The notes under the pieces are model-generated. The model saw only the letters and a program-made list of their open reading frames with translations, made no database searches and was not told the DNA's origin. The position numbers were made by a program, and so were the translations under genes. A stretch of DNA of 63,800 bases, filler included, from Welwitschia mirabilis (taxonomy: Eukaryota): the NCBI GenBank assembly GCA_051453625.1. It is 8 parts of one record of this genome, joined end to end, with 100 filler letters (N's around TTAATTAATTAA, not from the genome) between each part and the next. Parts side by side here need not be neighbours in the genome. Positions count along the whole stretch, not along the records: positions 5,508 to 19,424 come from JBOZIK010000001.1; positions 19,525 to 26,134 come from JBOZIK010000001.1; 6 more parts are not named here. One strand, given 5' to 3'. Shown one piece after another: positions 12,445 to 25,290 of this stretch (the stretch's first letter is position 1; each line of letters begins with the position of its first letter).

Positions 12445-13471
12445 TGTTAGGTTCATTAGGTACCCTTTGGAAGGGGGGGTGTGAATAGGGTGATTATGAA
12501 AACTATTTTCAATATCAGTTAATCTTGTTAAAGAACAACTTAAATCTGAGAAGCTTAATCACACAAGATTATGAGCGAAAACAAAATATAGGAAACAACA
12601 AAAGAGATAAGTGTACCAAATTTACAGTGGTTTGGTAAACCTTGCCTACTCCACTCTCAAGGGGCAGCAATATGCCTTCAGCCTCATGGTTCTCTTAAAA
12701 TACCCAATACAACGGGTGGCTTACAACACCTTTCACTCAGGATTAGATTCCACACCCTTCACCAAGGGACACAAAAGCTTACTCCAATGAGCAACTACAA
12801 AATTTGAATGGAAGAGGATCTGATGGTATGAATGCCTTTAGCATAGTACATCAGCAAGTATGAGTAAGATCTCCCAATGTGGTAGATATCTTAGCGCAAT
12901 ACAAATTTTATGATTACATCAGAGTTTAGCACAATGATCAAATTTAGGAGTAGGCGTATACAATAATACTCATTCATCCTTTTATAGAAAAGGGTTACAA
13001 AGCTAGCTCTTGGAGCCTCAAATTTGAAGCCCTAGCCGTTTAGCACACAACCTTGACCATTGGCTCTTAAGAAAATGTTTTTTGACAGCCACAACAGTTA
13101 TATTTCCGCTCGAACGTCCCCTTCTTTATAATTGGACATCCCGGTTGTAAAGCTTGATTTCTGTTAAAACTGCAAGGCATCCTAGATGTGTTGGTACAAG
13201 GTCTGGACGTCGCTATAATAAGGATCGAGTGCAGGGTTGGACGTCCTTATCACAAACTTCAAAGGTCCCCATACAAGGTTCCTACGAATAGGTCCTAACG
13301 TCTCAGATCAGAACTTTGATGTCCCCATACAAATTACTTCATAGAGGTCTGGACATTCTGTCATGTCTAACAGACGTCTTGATTGGCACGACTTCAGATT
13401 TTCTTAATTTTGACTTAGCTTTGTGAACTATGCAGAGACTCAGACATCGTTGAAACTTATACTCTTCCACA
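12445..13471 (-). repeat. 5' LTR of element A (~1.03 kb)
   Basis: Minus strand starts TGTGGAAGAG and ends CCTATTCAC(AC)CCCCCC...CCTAACA, followed by the PBS. Contains GGACGTCC-type repeats. Confidence 0.85.
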
Positions 13472-15300
13472 TTACCTCTATCACATATCTGAAAGATATT
13501 GAGCAAGTTATGTTTTAGACCTTCAACCAAGTAGACATCATTTATAGTTGGATGATATTTAGTAGTAGCAATAGATCCTTTTCCAATAGTATTTCCTTTG
13601 CTATTGTCCCCAAAAGTAACTTCTCTACCATCATAATCTTGAAATGAGGTTAGGAGATTCCTATTCCCTGTCATATGTCTAGAGCATCCANNNNNNNNNN
13701 ACCTTCTAGGAGGATCCTGATAAAAGGGAGTTTTTCTAATAAATCTATACTTGTTGCTAGAGTACCCAAATTACATTGATTTCTTATAGGGACAATGAAA
13801 TTGAATATGCCCATGATTGTTACATTAACAACATTTTAAACTAACTTCTTCAAAGGATTGATATTGAGTTCCAAGACCAAACGAATAGAAAGTAGGAGTT
13901 TTGCTAGGGAGACTACTCAAACCGGATTTATCAGAAGGAGATCTACCTGCTCCCAACAATTTATTTAGATTATCTCTTCCTTGAGTCAAATGATTTGTGA
14001 TATATCTTACATCTTTCAATTAGTCAAGGATTCTATTCTTAGATTAGCCCTTTTTAGGTTAGTTTTGTGTTCATCCACATATATTTTTTAAAAAAAAATT
14101 TCCTTCCTTAAGTCTAGACTAAGCACATAGAGTTTTTCATAAGCATCAACACGTTCATCGTGACCAAAGTCTAAATCGTCATAGTCATCAAAGATATTTC
14201 CATATATGCTTTGTCTAGTACTAGTAAGGCATTCATCAACTGAAAAACTAGAGGAGATAGGTGTACTTACCTCTTCTGTTACCGCAAGAAGTCCAAAGTG
14301 TAATGTTCCTTCTTCATCACTTGAGCTAGCACCTTCTGCTTCAGATTTATCCGATCTAGCTTTAAGCACTTTCTTTTCTTTTGCTTTAGCCTTCTTGTCC
14401 TGCTTCTTGTTTGCATAATCTGCATCCACATGTCTAAAGTCTTTGCATTCATAACATTGAATTGAATATGAGGAGTTTTTACTTTATTGCTTTTACCTTT
14501 GACAGGTCTCTTAGAGTACTATCCTTCTTTTTTTGTATAATGCATTTGAAGTTCTTTGTCAGTAGAGTTAAATCTTCATCCATTTCATCCTCACTTGAGT
14601 GACTTTCATGAATCTCTTCACTTGCTTTTAGAGCAATGCTCTTTCATTTTGGCATATCTTCTTCTAGAAGCAAGAGGTGCTTTGTATGCCACTAAAGATA
14701 CTTTCAATTCTTCCACCTTAACTCTATCTTTATCCTTGATTTCTTTGATAGCTGTTACCTTTGGTCTGAATTTCATGGTGAGACTCCTCAAGATTTTTCA
14801 CACCACTTAATTCTTAGGAACTATATCACCTAGCTCCCACATGTTATTAACAATGTTGCTTCCTTTGTTAGTATAATCTGCAACAGGCTCCGATTCTTCC
14901 ATTCTTATATTTTTGAATTTGGTAGTCAAGAGCTGGAGCTTTGAGTTCTTGACAGCACTTGTTCCTTCATGAGCTACTCTTAAGGCTTCCCGCATCTCCT
15001 TAGCTGTCATGCATTGCACCACCTGATTATATTCTTTATTAGATAGAGCACAAATGATTACATTCATGGCTCTAGCATTGTTTTGAAGCTTCTTTGTATT
15101 TTTTTTGTCGCACTTGTCTGTGGGGTTCAAGAGCACAACCCCATTTTGATCAACTTGCATTGGTGGTTGATAACCTTGCTCTACCACTTCCCATATTTCT
15201 GGATGAAGTGACATCAAAAAGCTACTTATTTTTGATTTCCAGTGGGCATAGTTGTTGCCATCCAAAAATGGAGGTATGGACATTGCATAACCCTCTGGGT
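13472..15300 (-). pseudogene. gag and protease of element B
   Basis: PPFLDGNNYAHWK; NNARAMNVIICAL; VAHEGT; two zinc-knuckle remnants; GCSRHMTGN...VYLVEGLKHNLL. Confidence 0.88.
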
Positions 15301-15380
15301 AACTGAAGGATGCTATAATGTTTGTATCTATACTAAAACAAATGAGGTACAAATCTAGAGCAATAGGCTCTGATACCAAT

Positions 15381-16412
15381 TGTTAGGCTCATATGGTACC
15401 CTGGGAGGTGAATAGGGTGATTCAAAATATTTCCTTGTTAAATCAATTGTTTTAACCCTTAACCAAAAAGATAACAAAATTATAGGCAAAACTAAAATAA
15501 ACCACAAGCATCAAGGGAACACCAAAGATTTATAGTGATTTGGCCCTTTGCCTACTTCACTCTTAGGGGGCAATAATAGTTGCTAGCCTCTTGGTTCCTT
15601 AAAACTTACAAGCCCCTTCGTACAGGGTTTACAGCTTCTTATAATGCCCTTTTGTCAAGGGACTCTTCATAAATGCTCTGCCTTGAGCATATAGTACAAA
15701 GAGATCTGAAGAGTCTGATGCGAGGAATGTGCCTTTGAGTGCACTAGTCATCAGATAGGTAGTACAATCACTTAGGAAGAAGATTTTCAGATTTAGGAAT
15801 GATAGTACCAAATGGAATTCTTCTAGAGATAGATATTACAAATGTGCATTAGGTAGTGGTGTTGTTCAAAAAAAAAATGTTCACGCCATTTATACAAGAC
15901 TTGGCAAGATATAGTTGTTATAGCCTAAAGCGATGAGTCTTCAGCCTTGGATAATGAGCTAGTAAAGTTTCATGATCGTTGGTGTCTTGTAATGTGCACT
16001 CAAACGTTCACAATGACTATTTTTTCACTCTAGCGTTTGCCTGCCTGGATGTCCCCTTTTGAAAATCTGGACATCCTTGTTAGAATACTTGGCACATGTC
16101 AAAACTGCATAGGATCGTGGACGTCCCACTCAAGAATCGGGATTTCCCCATAATGAGGACCAGGTACAAGGGTGGACAGCTTGCCATAAGATCCAGATGT
16201 CCTTGTGCATTTTGCCTACAAACAGGGGTGGATGCCCCAACTTAGTTTTCGGACGTCCCCATACATCTTTCCCACACACAGGACTAGACGTCCTGTTTTC
16301 AGCTTCGGACGTCTTTGTACAATAAGCCGCATACAAAGGTGGACGTCCCGGTTGCCACGAACACTAGATATCTCATTTTCCACTCTTTTCTGATGATGCC
16401 GATTGATCTACA
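15381..16412 (-). repeat. 5' LTR of element B (~1.03 kb; distal boundary less certain)
   Basis: Adjacent to the PBS. CCTATTCACC motif at its 3' end and a GGACGTCC palindrome cluster at 16040-16350. A TG start at 16412 gives a length like the sister LTRs. Confidence 0.7.
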
Positions 16413-16415
16413 TAA

Positions 16416-18620
16416 TGTTAGATATTGTTTTCTTTGTAGTCAACCCTCTCATCCTTGTTTCCTTTTTGAGTGGTGGTTAAAACTACTTCCTCTTATTTTT
16501 GTCCTATTACCTATCCTTTCCCCTTATTTCTCTCATAATTTTTCCTTAACATCTTTTAGATATGTATTTGCTTTGAATAAAATCGATGAGTAGGTTTCAA
16601 TGAAGATCCATCAAGCTCCCTATGGGCTCTTGCTACAGCTTCCTATTGCAATAAGGGTTGCTTAAAGCCTTGCAAATGGTATCAAAGCAAAACCTAGGGG
16701 AAGCAAATCAATTTTCATTTTAGAAGGATTGCTATAAAGAAATAAGAAGAGATGGAAAAGGCATTTGGCAATGGAGAATGAACAACAAAAAAACATATAG
16801 GGTGTTTCTGCAAAGGACACCCCCCAATCATTCTATCTATGATATCTGCAAGACATTCACAAGCTTCCATTCCTTGCTTGTTTATTTATGCTCTACCTAT
16901 TCGCGACATTTATTTTGTTAGAATAAGTTTTGGGAGGGTTCAAATCCAAAAATGAATTATTGTAGAAATTATGTCGAAGAGGAGGACTCGGGTTATGGGT
17001 GCGAGATGCTGAAAGGCGAGGATCATAAAATACGACTTATGATGATCTTGGCAATAACTCTGTCATCAAATTTATTGATACAATGAATAAAATCGGAGGC
17101 ACTTCTAGATGAATCACGCGGATTGCTTGTTCCTTTGTTTGCCTCTCATTTTTATCGTTTGTTTTCTCTTTTCTCCGTGGTGTTTTTCCTTCTAAGTTTT
17201 GTGATCCGAGATCTTCAAGGAGCTCTAAACGCTGTGACATGTGGGTTTATTTTTGTCTTACTGGTTCCTTATACATCACTAGATTGAGTCTTCTCTTTCC
17301 AAAAATCGGCTTCAAGGGTCTTGGAAATAGTGAGACTTGAAAGAATTCAAATCCAAATCGAAATTCCAAATCCAATGCATATAAGGGTGGTTATAGCAGT
17401 AAGGATATGAAGCCTGTGTTTCCTGATTTTATTCTTCCTCCATTATTGTTCGTCACAGGTGCCATTGCCATTCACATTGCTGCAGTCCGGAAAATAGTCG
17501 GATCTTATCAGTGTAAGGAAGCTGCTTTGAAAGAAACATNNNNNNNNNNATGGTTCCCCATGGAGATTTGGGAATGGCTGCACTGCGTAGAACAGCATTG
17601 GCCTGAGCTGGAAATCGTAGTGTGCATCGCGGTGTCAGCATCTGTCTTGCTTGCATGCTGGCACCACTGCTGTAATCCACCAGTGACCCCACTACTTGAA
17701 CTTGCATTGCATTCTTTTGGACGACGATTTCTGCAAGTCAAAAAAGAGAGATGGTGACGAGTGGATCAAGGATGCTTATGCAAGCCAAAAAAGAAAGATC
17801 ATTTGTCTCAAAGCTCTAGCACTGTTACATATTAATGATCAGGGCGAGGAGATATTCTAGCATGGCAGAACTTTGTGCTTCCTATTGCTTCCGATTTATG
17901 TATTGTTTTTTCCTCAGGTTTGGATCTGCATTGTTTAGGGAATAATGAAATGTTAATCTATCCTCTTAAAGTAAATTGACAACTAAGCATTATTTTTTAT
18001 TATGTTACATAATGTTTTAAAGTTGAGCAATTGAATGTTATTATAGAAGGTTGAATGAAGAACAATTAAATGAATTTTATAAGCTAGGTTGAGGGCTTGT
18101 CCCAACCAAAGTTTTTATGATGAGTTTCTTTAGTTTTCCATGTGAAACAAATGTCATTAAAGAGTGGTATGGAACACTCTTTTTCACATTGATTTTCATA
18201 TGAAATTTTTTTTGGGTGTCCCCCATTTTTCTTTGGGTGTGTCCCTTTTGAATGTTGGGCTTGTCCATTGTTGGTTTAGTCCCATGGTAGTGGTGAGTTC
18301 ATTTATGTGGTAAACTTTATCAAGTTCTATGTGAAGTTCTATGTGGTGAACTTTATCAAGTTCTATACGAAGTTCTATGTGGTGAACTCATGCTGAGTTC
18401 TTTTATGTGGTGAACTGTATTAAGTTCTGTATGCAGTTTTATGTGGTGAACTCATTTGAGTTCTATATGTAGTGATATCTTTGAGTTCCTTACGGTAAAC
18501 TTAAAGAGTTTCTTATGAAGAAATTTCTTATGTAGTAACCTTTTATGTGGTTTGTTAGATATTGTTTTCTTTGTAGTCAACCCTTTCGTCCCCATTTCCT
18601 TTTTGAGTGGTGGTTAAAAC
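16416..18620 (+). mobile_element. Small non-autonomous LTR element (TRIM/LARD-like), 259-bp LTR, 3' LTR interrupted by hAT
   Basis: TGTTAGATATTG...TTGCA at 16416-16674 and PBS TGGTATCAAAGC at 16677-16688. The first 68 bp of the LTR recur at 18553-18620. No gag/pol recognised inside. Confidence 0.78.
18290..18552. repeat. Degenerate minisatellite with ATGTGGTGAACT...AGTTCT units
   Basis: About 8 imperfect 24-36 bp units with GAACT-N(6-7)-AGTTC inverted cores. Confidence 0.8.
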
Positions 18621-19424
18621 CATGGTTGTGAAACTCGGACTCGACACCAAACTCCTTTCGCTACCGAGGACTTGAACTCGTTAGCCAAACTCGCCAAACT
18701 CGGCAATACTCAGTGTAAACTCGGGAAGGCCAAAAGAGTTTGGGTTTTCATATACTTTTTGAAAGAAAAAGGAATTTTTATGCATTTAGATAAGGCATGA
18801 AGCATTTCTAAATGTTAGACAAGTGTTGAAATACACCTTATTAAATATTAATGAAACATATAACTATGTTTGTTAAAAATTCTAACTTGTCATTACTCAT
18901 TACTTCATTAGTCAATACTCAGTAGTCATTAGTCATTAACTCTTTACTATGAACTTGTCATTATGAAACTATTAAGAAAGGCAAAGATGTTAATTAGTCA
19001 TGAAAACATTGTAGTATTGTATTCAATATCATTATCTGATGATCATCAGTATAACAAAACAAATTACAAAATGTCCATAAAATCAAAAAATAACAAGCCA
19101 TGAGAAAGATATCTAACTATTAACTAATCCCAATGGCATCCCAATCCTCATCAAGATGAGGGTCATTTCGCTCAACTAAATCATGCTCATGGCTACATAA
19201 TACACAAGATGGATTGACATTTGGTGGAGTCTCGAGAATGTCATCGTCGGATTCATCATGAAGGTGCTTTGGTATTGCTTCCATAGGTGGAGGATCAAGA
19301 CTTATATCTTCAAGATGAATGGCTTCTTTGTTCGTTTGTAAATGTTATCTCTCATGCAACAACATATTGAAGTTCACAAAGACCAGATCATTTAGCCTTT
19401 TCGAGCTCAACAAATGCCTTTTTC
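18621..19424 (-). mobile_element. hAT DNA transposon end with C-terminal transposase remnant
   Basis: Abrupt break in the LTR homology at CATGGTTGTGAAACTCGG; subterminal AAACTCG repeats. Minus-strand KRHLLSSKRLNDLVFVNFNMLL (~19350-19424) matches the hAT C-terminal dimerisation motif. Other end lost in the linker gap. Confidence 0.8.
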
Positions 19425-22012
19425 NNNNNNNNNNNNNNNNNNNNNNNNNNNNNNNNNNNNNNNNNNNNTTAATTAATTAANNNNNNNNNNNNNNNNNNNN
19501 NNNNNNNNNNNNNNNNNNNNNNNNGGCAATGTGAAAGCAGAAGTACAAGCGGATGTAGAAGTGAAAGGAAGGATGGAATCTGAAGTTGTATATGAAGGCA
19601 TAGGTGAAAAAGATGTAGAATTATGGGTAGAAAGAACAAGTCTATCCTTTATGAAATGTGAATAAATATCTTTGGGTTCTGCATTATGATTAGTTTCATT
19701 ACTATTTTCTTTATCATTATTTGGTTAATTATTTTGTGACTTTCCTTATTATTGGCTGTAACTAAATCTTCCTTTTCTTGTTGAATATTGCTTTCATTCT
19801 CTAAACTACTAGATTGATCAAAAATAGTATCAAGATAAATAAGAGCATCATCTTCATCTTTGATTAAATTTTTTTTAGATTTTTTATGAATGGATTCTGC
19901 ATCTTGATTATCTAACAGAAAATGGATAGTAGAAATATAATCTAAGACCTCAATATCCTCATCTAATAAATAGTCATCCTCATCTTGATTGTTGAAAGTT
20001 TGAGTTGAGTTATTATTATCTTCTCTTTGCTCATCTTCTTATGAGCAGGATGTGGAAGTTTGATTTGAAACTTCATCTTATTTGAAAGTAAACAACTTTA
20101 TCATGTGTTTCTAAGTTCTTCTCATTTTTCTCAAGGGAGGATGAAGTAGAATAGTTTTTAGAATGTTGTGTTGTAAAATAACTTTGAGTTTGCAGCAATG
20201 TTTATTACAAGAGTTCAACTAAATTTTCTAGGTTCTTGTTGGTATTTTCTTGGCTCTTCTCCATTTCATCAATCATTCCTTTTAATGAATCATTTTCTTC
20301 CTCAAAAGTAGTTTATGAGAAATGGATCTTCTTCATAGTAATGCATGGAAGATGGTTTGGGTTAATAAAAATGATTGTAAGAAGATTGTCTAAATGAGGT
20401 GGAATTCCTAAAATATAGAGAATCTTCATCGTCATATCTATATGAGGTTTGAAAAGAAAAAGGAAAAGAATAAGGAGGTTGAAAAGAGGAATGGACTCAA
20501 TTCCTACTCTCAATAGCATTTTGTGTTATTCTCCCTCTTGCAAAAACCTTATGAAGTATTTTGTCACTATAAACTTTAGAATTGTTTATGTTTCTCCTTC
20601 TTTATACAAAGATCACTTAAAGTGTTTTCTTACTATTATCCTCATAAGTTTCAAGTTTCATCTCCTTTTAGAAAGAAGTTCCTTGACGGTCCTTCTATCA
20701 CTATTCATTGAAGCAATTGAGAAGAAAGGAACAAGAGAATTTTATTTCAAGATGATAAGGAGGATACGTACACAAGAAAGATCAAGTTTTGTTCTCTTTG
20801 ATGTTTCATCGTTTTATCAAAATTGTTGATCCTCGATACTCAAAAGATGTGTAATGGCTATTTATTTTAACAATTGTGAAAAATAACTAGTATAATAACT
20901 ATACAAAAAAAGAAAAATTGGATTCTAAAATAATAAAAAATAGAGGAAAAAAATTCTTAGAACTTATGTACATGTGATGTGTGTACCTGGATTTTACTTA
21001 AAGTCAAATAATCCTTCCTTGATATTTTCTTTAATCAAGTTCCCCTCCCTTAGATATTTCATCTTTTTACCAGAATTCACTATGTCCTTGCATGCATAAA
21101 CAATAAATAGAAAACCAAAATAAAAAATAACAAACTGTCAATCACCTAGTCGTGGAGATGACAGGAGAGACAACAATCACACAAAAAACCAAACTTTGAA
21201 AAAAATTGCAAGAAATAAAAAACTAAACTATCATTTAGTTTATCATGGGAACAACTGCAAGGACAATGATCACACTACTACAAAACTGAAACTTAAAAAC
21301 TTAGGGAAAAAATTACTGAAACTCAACGAAACTAGAGTATTACCTGGGCTGTCATAGGGACGACATAGGAGACGATATTACTTTTATTATCAAACTAAAA
21401 ATAAAAGAAAAATTACGAAAACCAAAACTAATTTCAAAATTTTAGAACTATCATTCCCAGTGTTGTTGGGATGACAGAGAGGACAACAGGGATCTTGAAA
21501 ACTATGGAAAATAAAAATTGCAGAAATAATCGACTTTAAGCTAAGCTAAAAACACAATACTAATTTAAATAAATAACCTAAAGATAGTACTAGAAATATA
21601 AGAGTTTAAGGCATTTATTGAAATAAACGCCTTAAATATCAAGCTCAAGTAAATTCCTTAAACGTATCTATCAAGAACCTTTTTAAGGTGTTTGTTTGGG
21701 AAAACGCCTTAAAAGCCTTTTAAGGTGATTATTGAGATAAACGCGTTAAAGATTAAAAACCTACACCAAAAATAAAAAAAGAGAGAAGTTTTTAAGGCAT
21801 TGGTCTAATAAACGCCGTAGAAGATGACATGAAAACATAAAAAAAAAAGCTCAAACTAATCTTTGCGCTTTTCCATTTCATCTTCGCGCTTCACTGTGTT
21901 TCACTTCGCACATTGTCGAAAACACATTCCATGTTCATGATTTACTATCTTTCACTTTGCATTTATCATAGGAATGGAAGAAGAAGAGAAGCAGCAGATA
22001 TTTAGGGCCTAA

Positions 22013-22405
22013 TCATCTGCAATAGCATCATTCCTGATGAAATCATCAGAGCCATGGCAAGGCATGGTAATGAAACCCTTACTAGAATCAATCACCATAG
22101 TTCTCATTCTTTGGTTCATACCTATGCCTACGAGTGTTTCTTGGAATGCCTGACAACTTCTTATGATTTTCATGACAACCGTTATTGGAATCATAACATA
22201 GCCCCTTCCATTGGGTGACATAGCCATGATGGGTCTCGGTGCCTCTGTCCTCATCAAAATTCTAACATATGCTGTGACGTTTTCTGCATTCAGAAATGTA
22301 ATTTCATGGCTGATCACTCTTGCTGCCTTCTTCGCGCAAGGATTTATTAAGATTGGGCTTGGAAACCACATCGCGTACTAGTTTATTTCACTTTTCAGAT
22401 CATCA
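22013..22405 (+). pseudogene. DiT1: Captured fragment of plastid 2-oxoglutarate/malate translocator (dicarboxylate transporter 1)
   Basis: PWQGMVMKPLLESI...ILWFIPMP..VSWNA*QLLMIF...GIIT*PLPLG..AMMGLGASVL...FFAQGFIKIGLGNHIAY*FISLFRSS aligns, from memory, with DiT1 PWQGAAIKPLLASI...WQLLAIF...TQPLPLG...GFIKTGLGNRVAYQFV. Three in-frame stops. Confidence 0.9.
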
Positions 22406-24784
22406 CCTAAGTGGTAACACTCAAACTTAGTTCACGAAGCTCAGATTAATTATCAACTTTTTCTCCTGCAATCGTATTTTGAACTTTAAAAAGGTTCTGT
22501 GAATGTTAATTAAGTTCATCCTAGAATAAAATTGCACTTATAACATCTTCCTTCTTAAACTCATACTCTTTCTGCGCATTGTCTTTGAAGGTATTTAGTA
22601 TACTTCTCAACATTATTTCTTAGCATTTCACAGGTCTGTAAGTATTTCTTATGCAATTTCCATTTTGATTGATTTTCGTTATGAGTTCTTATTTCTTTGA
22701 TCTATCAAGTTTGTTTTTTATTCACCATCTATCTATTATAGAAATCGTACTGTATTTGAAATGTTTTGTTGTTATTCTTGTATTTTAAGTCCATGTATTC
22801 TGGTCATCAACGAAGATGAACATAGGAACTACTCTATTTTCTAAAATCAAAAATAAAATGAGATCTATGTATGGTGGGGAACCATGTATTTTATTTTTGT
22901 TCATGGTGTTTTTCAAGGAGTTAAAGATGTTAGAAGACTTGCTAGATGCTTACGTAGTCATTTCTATTTGACGATTAAGCGAAATACTTTCTGTTAATGT
23001 GTTATAAATAGAGTTGTGATGGCTGAATGCTTAACAATGGGTTTTTATTGGAATGTTCTCTTTCAAAGTTTGTTTCTTTCCTCCCTGTACTCCATTGCTA
23101 CTTTTAGGTAGTGGTCCATTCTAGACTGAGCTACATATTTACTTAGTTACCTACTACAAGTTAATAATAGTAGTGAAAAACAATACATCCCCTAGCTTCT
23201 ATTAAAATTATCATTATCTTTTCTTCTATAAATAAACTTTCCATAATGGTTTAAATTTTTCCTCACAATTTTGCTGTCTCAAGAGTTATTTTTACCATTT
23301 CAAAGTAGATGAAACTTCTTAATGACTTTATTTGTTTTAAACGCCATTTTCTAGATAGCTGTAATATGTTTCTTTGATTCAATAGAAAATCTAACAAAAT
23401 CAAAAACAAGTGAGAAAAGTATTCTTCTTTTGATCTTTTTGTTCCTTGAATTGAATTCAAATTCTCTTTCCTTAAATTGGATTCAAAGCCCCATTGTAGA
23501 TGTTAGAAAGATCATTAATTTTCTTGTTTTATGGTTTCATGAAATTAATTTATCACTGTCAATAGGAGTTGACCACCAGTATAGGGGATCACGTGCACTT
23601 GGATTGCTCCAATATATTAAATGTATGAGAATTGTAAAAAAAGCAATGCTAGCACCTAACAATTGATGACATTCAATTTGTCTATGACATTTGTAGAAAA
23701 GCATAGCCATGGAATCTGGTTTTGGTTATTCATACATTTCTTATTGTGCAAACTCAAAATTTTAGGTTACTATCTAGCGAAAAATCTCAGCTAAATTTTT
23801 GCAATGATTTTCATAGCTTCAAGATGTTAAGTACCTTGGTGAACCATAGTAATGATGTAAATGGGGTTTGATAGGTAGCACCACCTTAAAGTAAAGGTAC
23901 TTTTACCTATCGTTGCACCCATTCAATTCAATATTTTTAACTTCATTATTATCTTTTGCTTTTATGATAATACTATTATGATTCTGTCTAAATATGCTTT
24001 TCAATCTTCTGGGATTGCAATCTTCTTTGTTTTCACAGCTATCTTTCAAGCGTGACAATGATTAGTTAAAGTGAGGCAATTTCTTTAATTTCAAATTCTT
24101 ATTTGTCTGACTTAGTGTAATATGAATCAATTGTTGCCCCCCATTCTACTACTTTTCTATTTGTGGTAATCTTTGAGGGGACTAGAGTCTAAGTTTCACA
24201 CAAGATCCACATATTTAAAATTTTTAAAGTTAAAAAATTTTGAATTCAAAATTTTCAATTGTAAAATTAACATTGCTAAAAATTTCAAAGTCATAGTCTT
24301 GCAAAATTTGACATTTCAACAAGTGTGTAACATTTGAAGATTTTGTATAACTAACATAACATTTTAAGAGTGTGACTGGTATCTTATAGCCACAAACTAT
24401 CTCTTCATGTTTCTTATTTATTTGGAAACTATTCTGATATAATGTACATGAAGACATAAATATATGAAAAAAGCATCCAAAATATTTCATGGTAGTTTTT
24501 TTTAAACACCAAATAAGTTGATAAAAAAGCATATATTTAAGGTTTACTTGAACATCACTGATGTATTATTCTTATCATAAGCATGTTGATCAATTTGTCT
24601 CAAATTTGGATCTTAAAGACAAATTCAGTCTTATTGTTCTAGATGGAGAAAGAAAAAGAAGGGATTCTCAAGGCATCTAGTCCCTCCATGGTATGAAAGA
24701 GAATTGTATAAATCATTAACTTTTAATTCTTGGGTAAAGTATGAAGAAGAAGAAAAGCCTAAAGGTTTTGTGGAAAGAAACTCT

Positions 24785-25290
24785 TTTTAATCCCTGCAAA
24801 CAGACTTGTTAACTCATCCATGAGTTCCTGCAATAAGTTGCCTTCCTCTAGCTTTGTGTTAAATGCTTTATTTAGCATGTAAAACTTATCTAATCTTGTG
24901 GCTAATCAAATCAATTACACTGTGCTTTACACAAGCTTATTGTACATGCTCCATTAGATAAAACATTTACCAGTGTGCTAGACAAAGAAGGCAAAGCTAA
25001 GACAATGCCATGGAATCCTTTTTCTTCCATTGTTCATCTTTAATCTTATCTAGCTTCAATCCTGCTAGAGAAACTAGGAAAAGCCAAAACAATACCTGTG
25101 GATTTCTCTTCCTTCCATTTTTCATTTTTAACCTTCTCTGGATTCAAGCCTTTAATGCATTCTAGGAATCCTTTCTACCTAAGGATCACCTATGTCAAAG
25201 CCTTTCACATTCTCAAATTTTCAACGCCCACCAACTTATTAGTTTCTTGTATGCATTCCATCAGTCTAAAAAGCCTTGATGCACTAATGT
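24785..25290 (-). pseudogene. Highly decayed Tork-type gag fragment inside the CACTA
   Basis: KLVGVENLRM*K...KIKDEQWKKKD...FYMLNKAFNTKLEEGNLLQELMDELTSLF parallels the gag at 6700-7150. Confidence 0.65.

Larger units (their letters stand above)
5035..13471 (-). mobile_element. Sirevirus element A nested in the pol of element B (3' LTR deleted)
   Basis: 5' LTR 12445-13471; degenerate PBS 12431-12442; gag 11481-12390; pol 9051-11306; env-like region 7858-8632. The LTR interrupts B's reading frame after ICDRGN. Confidence 0.78.
2689..16412 (-). mobile_element. Sirevirus element B (outer element of the nest; 3' part missing)
   Basis: 5' LTR 15381-16412; perfect PBS TGGTATCAGAGCC (15366-15378); gag and protease 13472-15300; then nested element A; then GAG-pre-integrase, integrase and RT start 2689-5034. 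Confidence 0.8.

Noticed and set aside
22009-22371. 120-aa minus-strand ORF as a gene
   Set aside because: Antisense shadow of the plus-strand DiT1 fragment.
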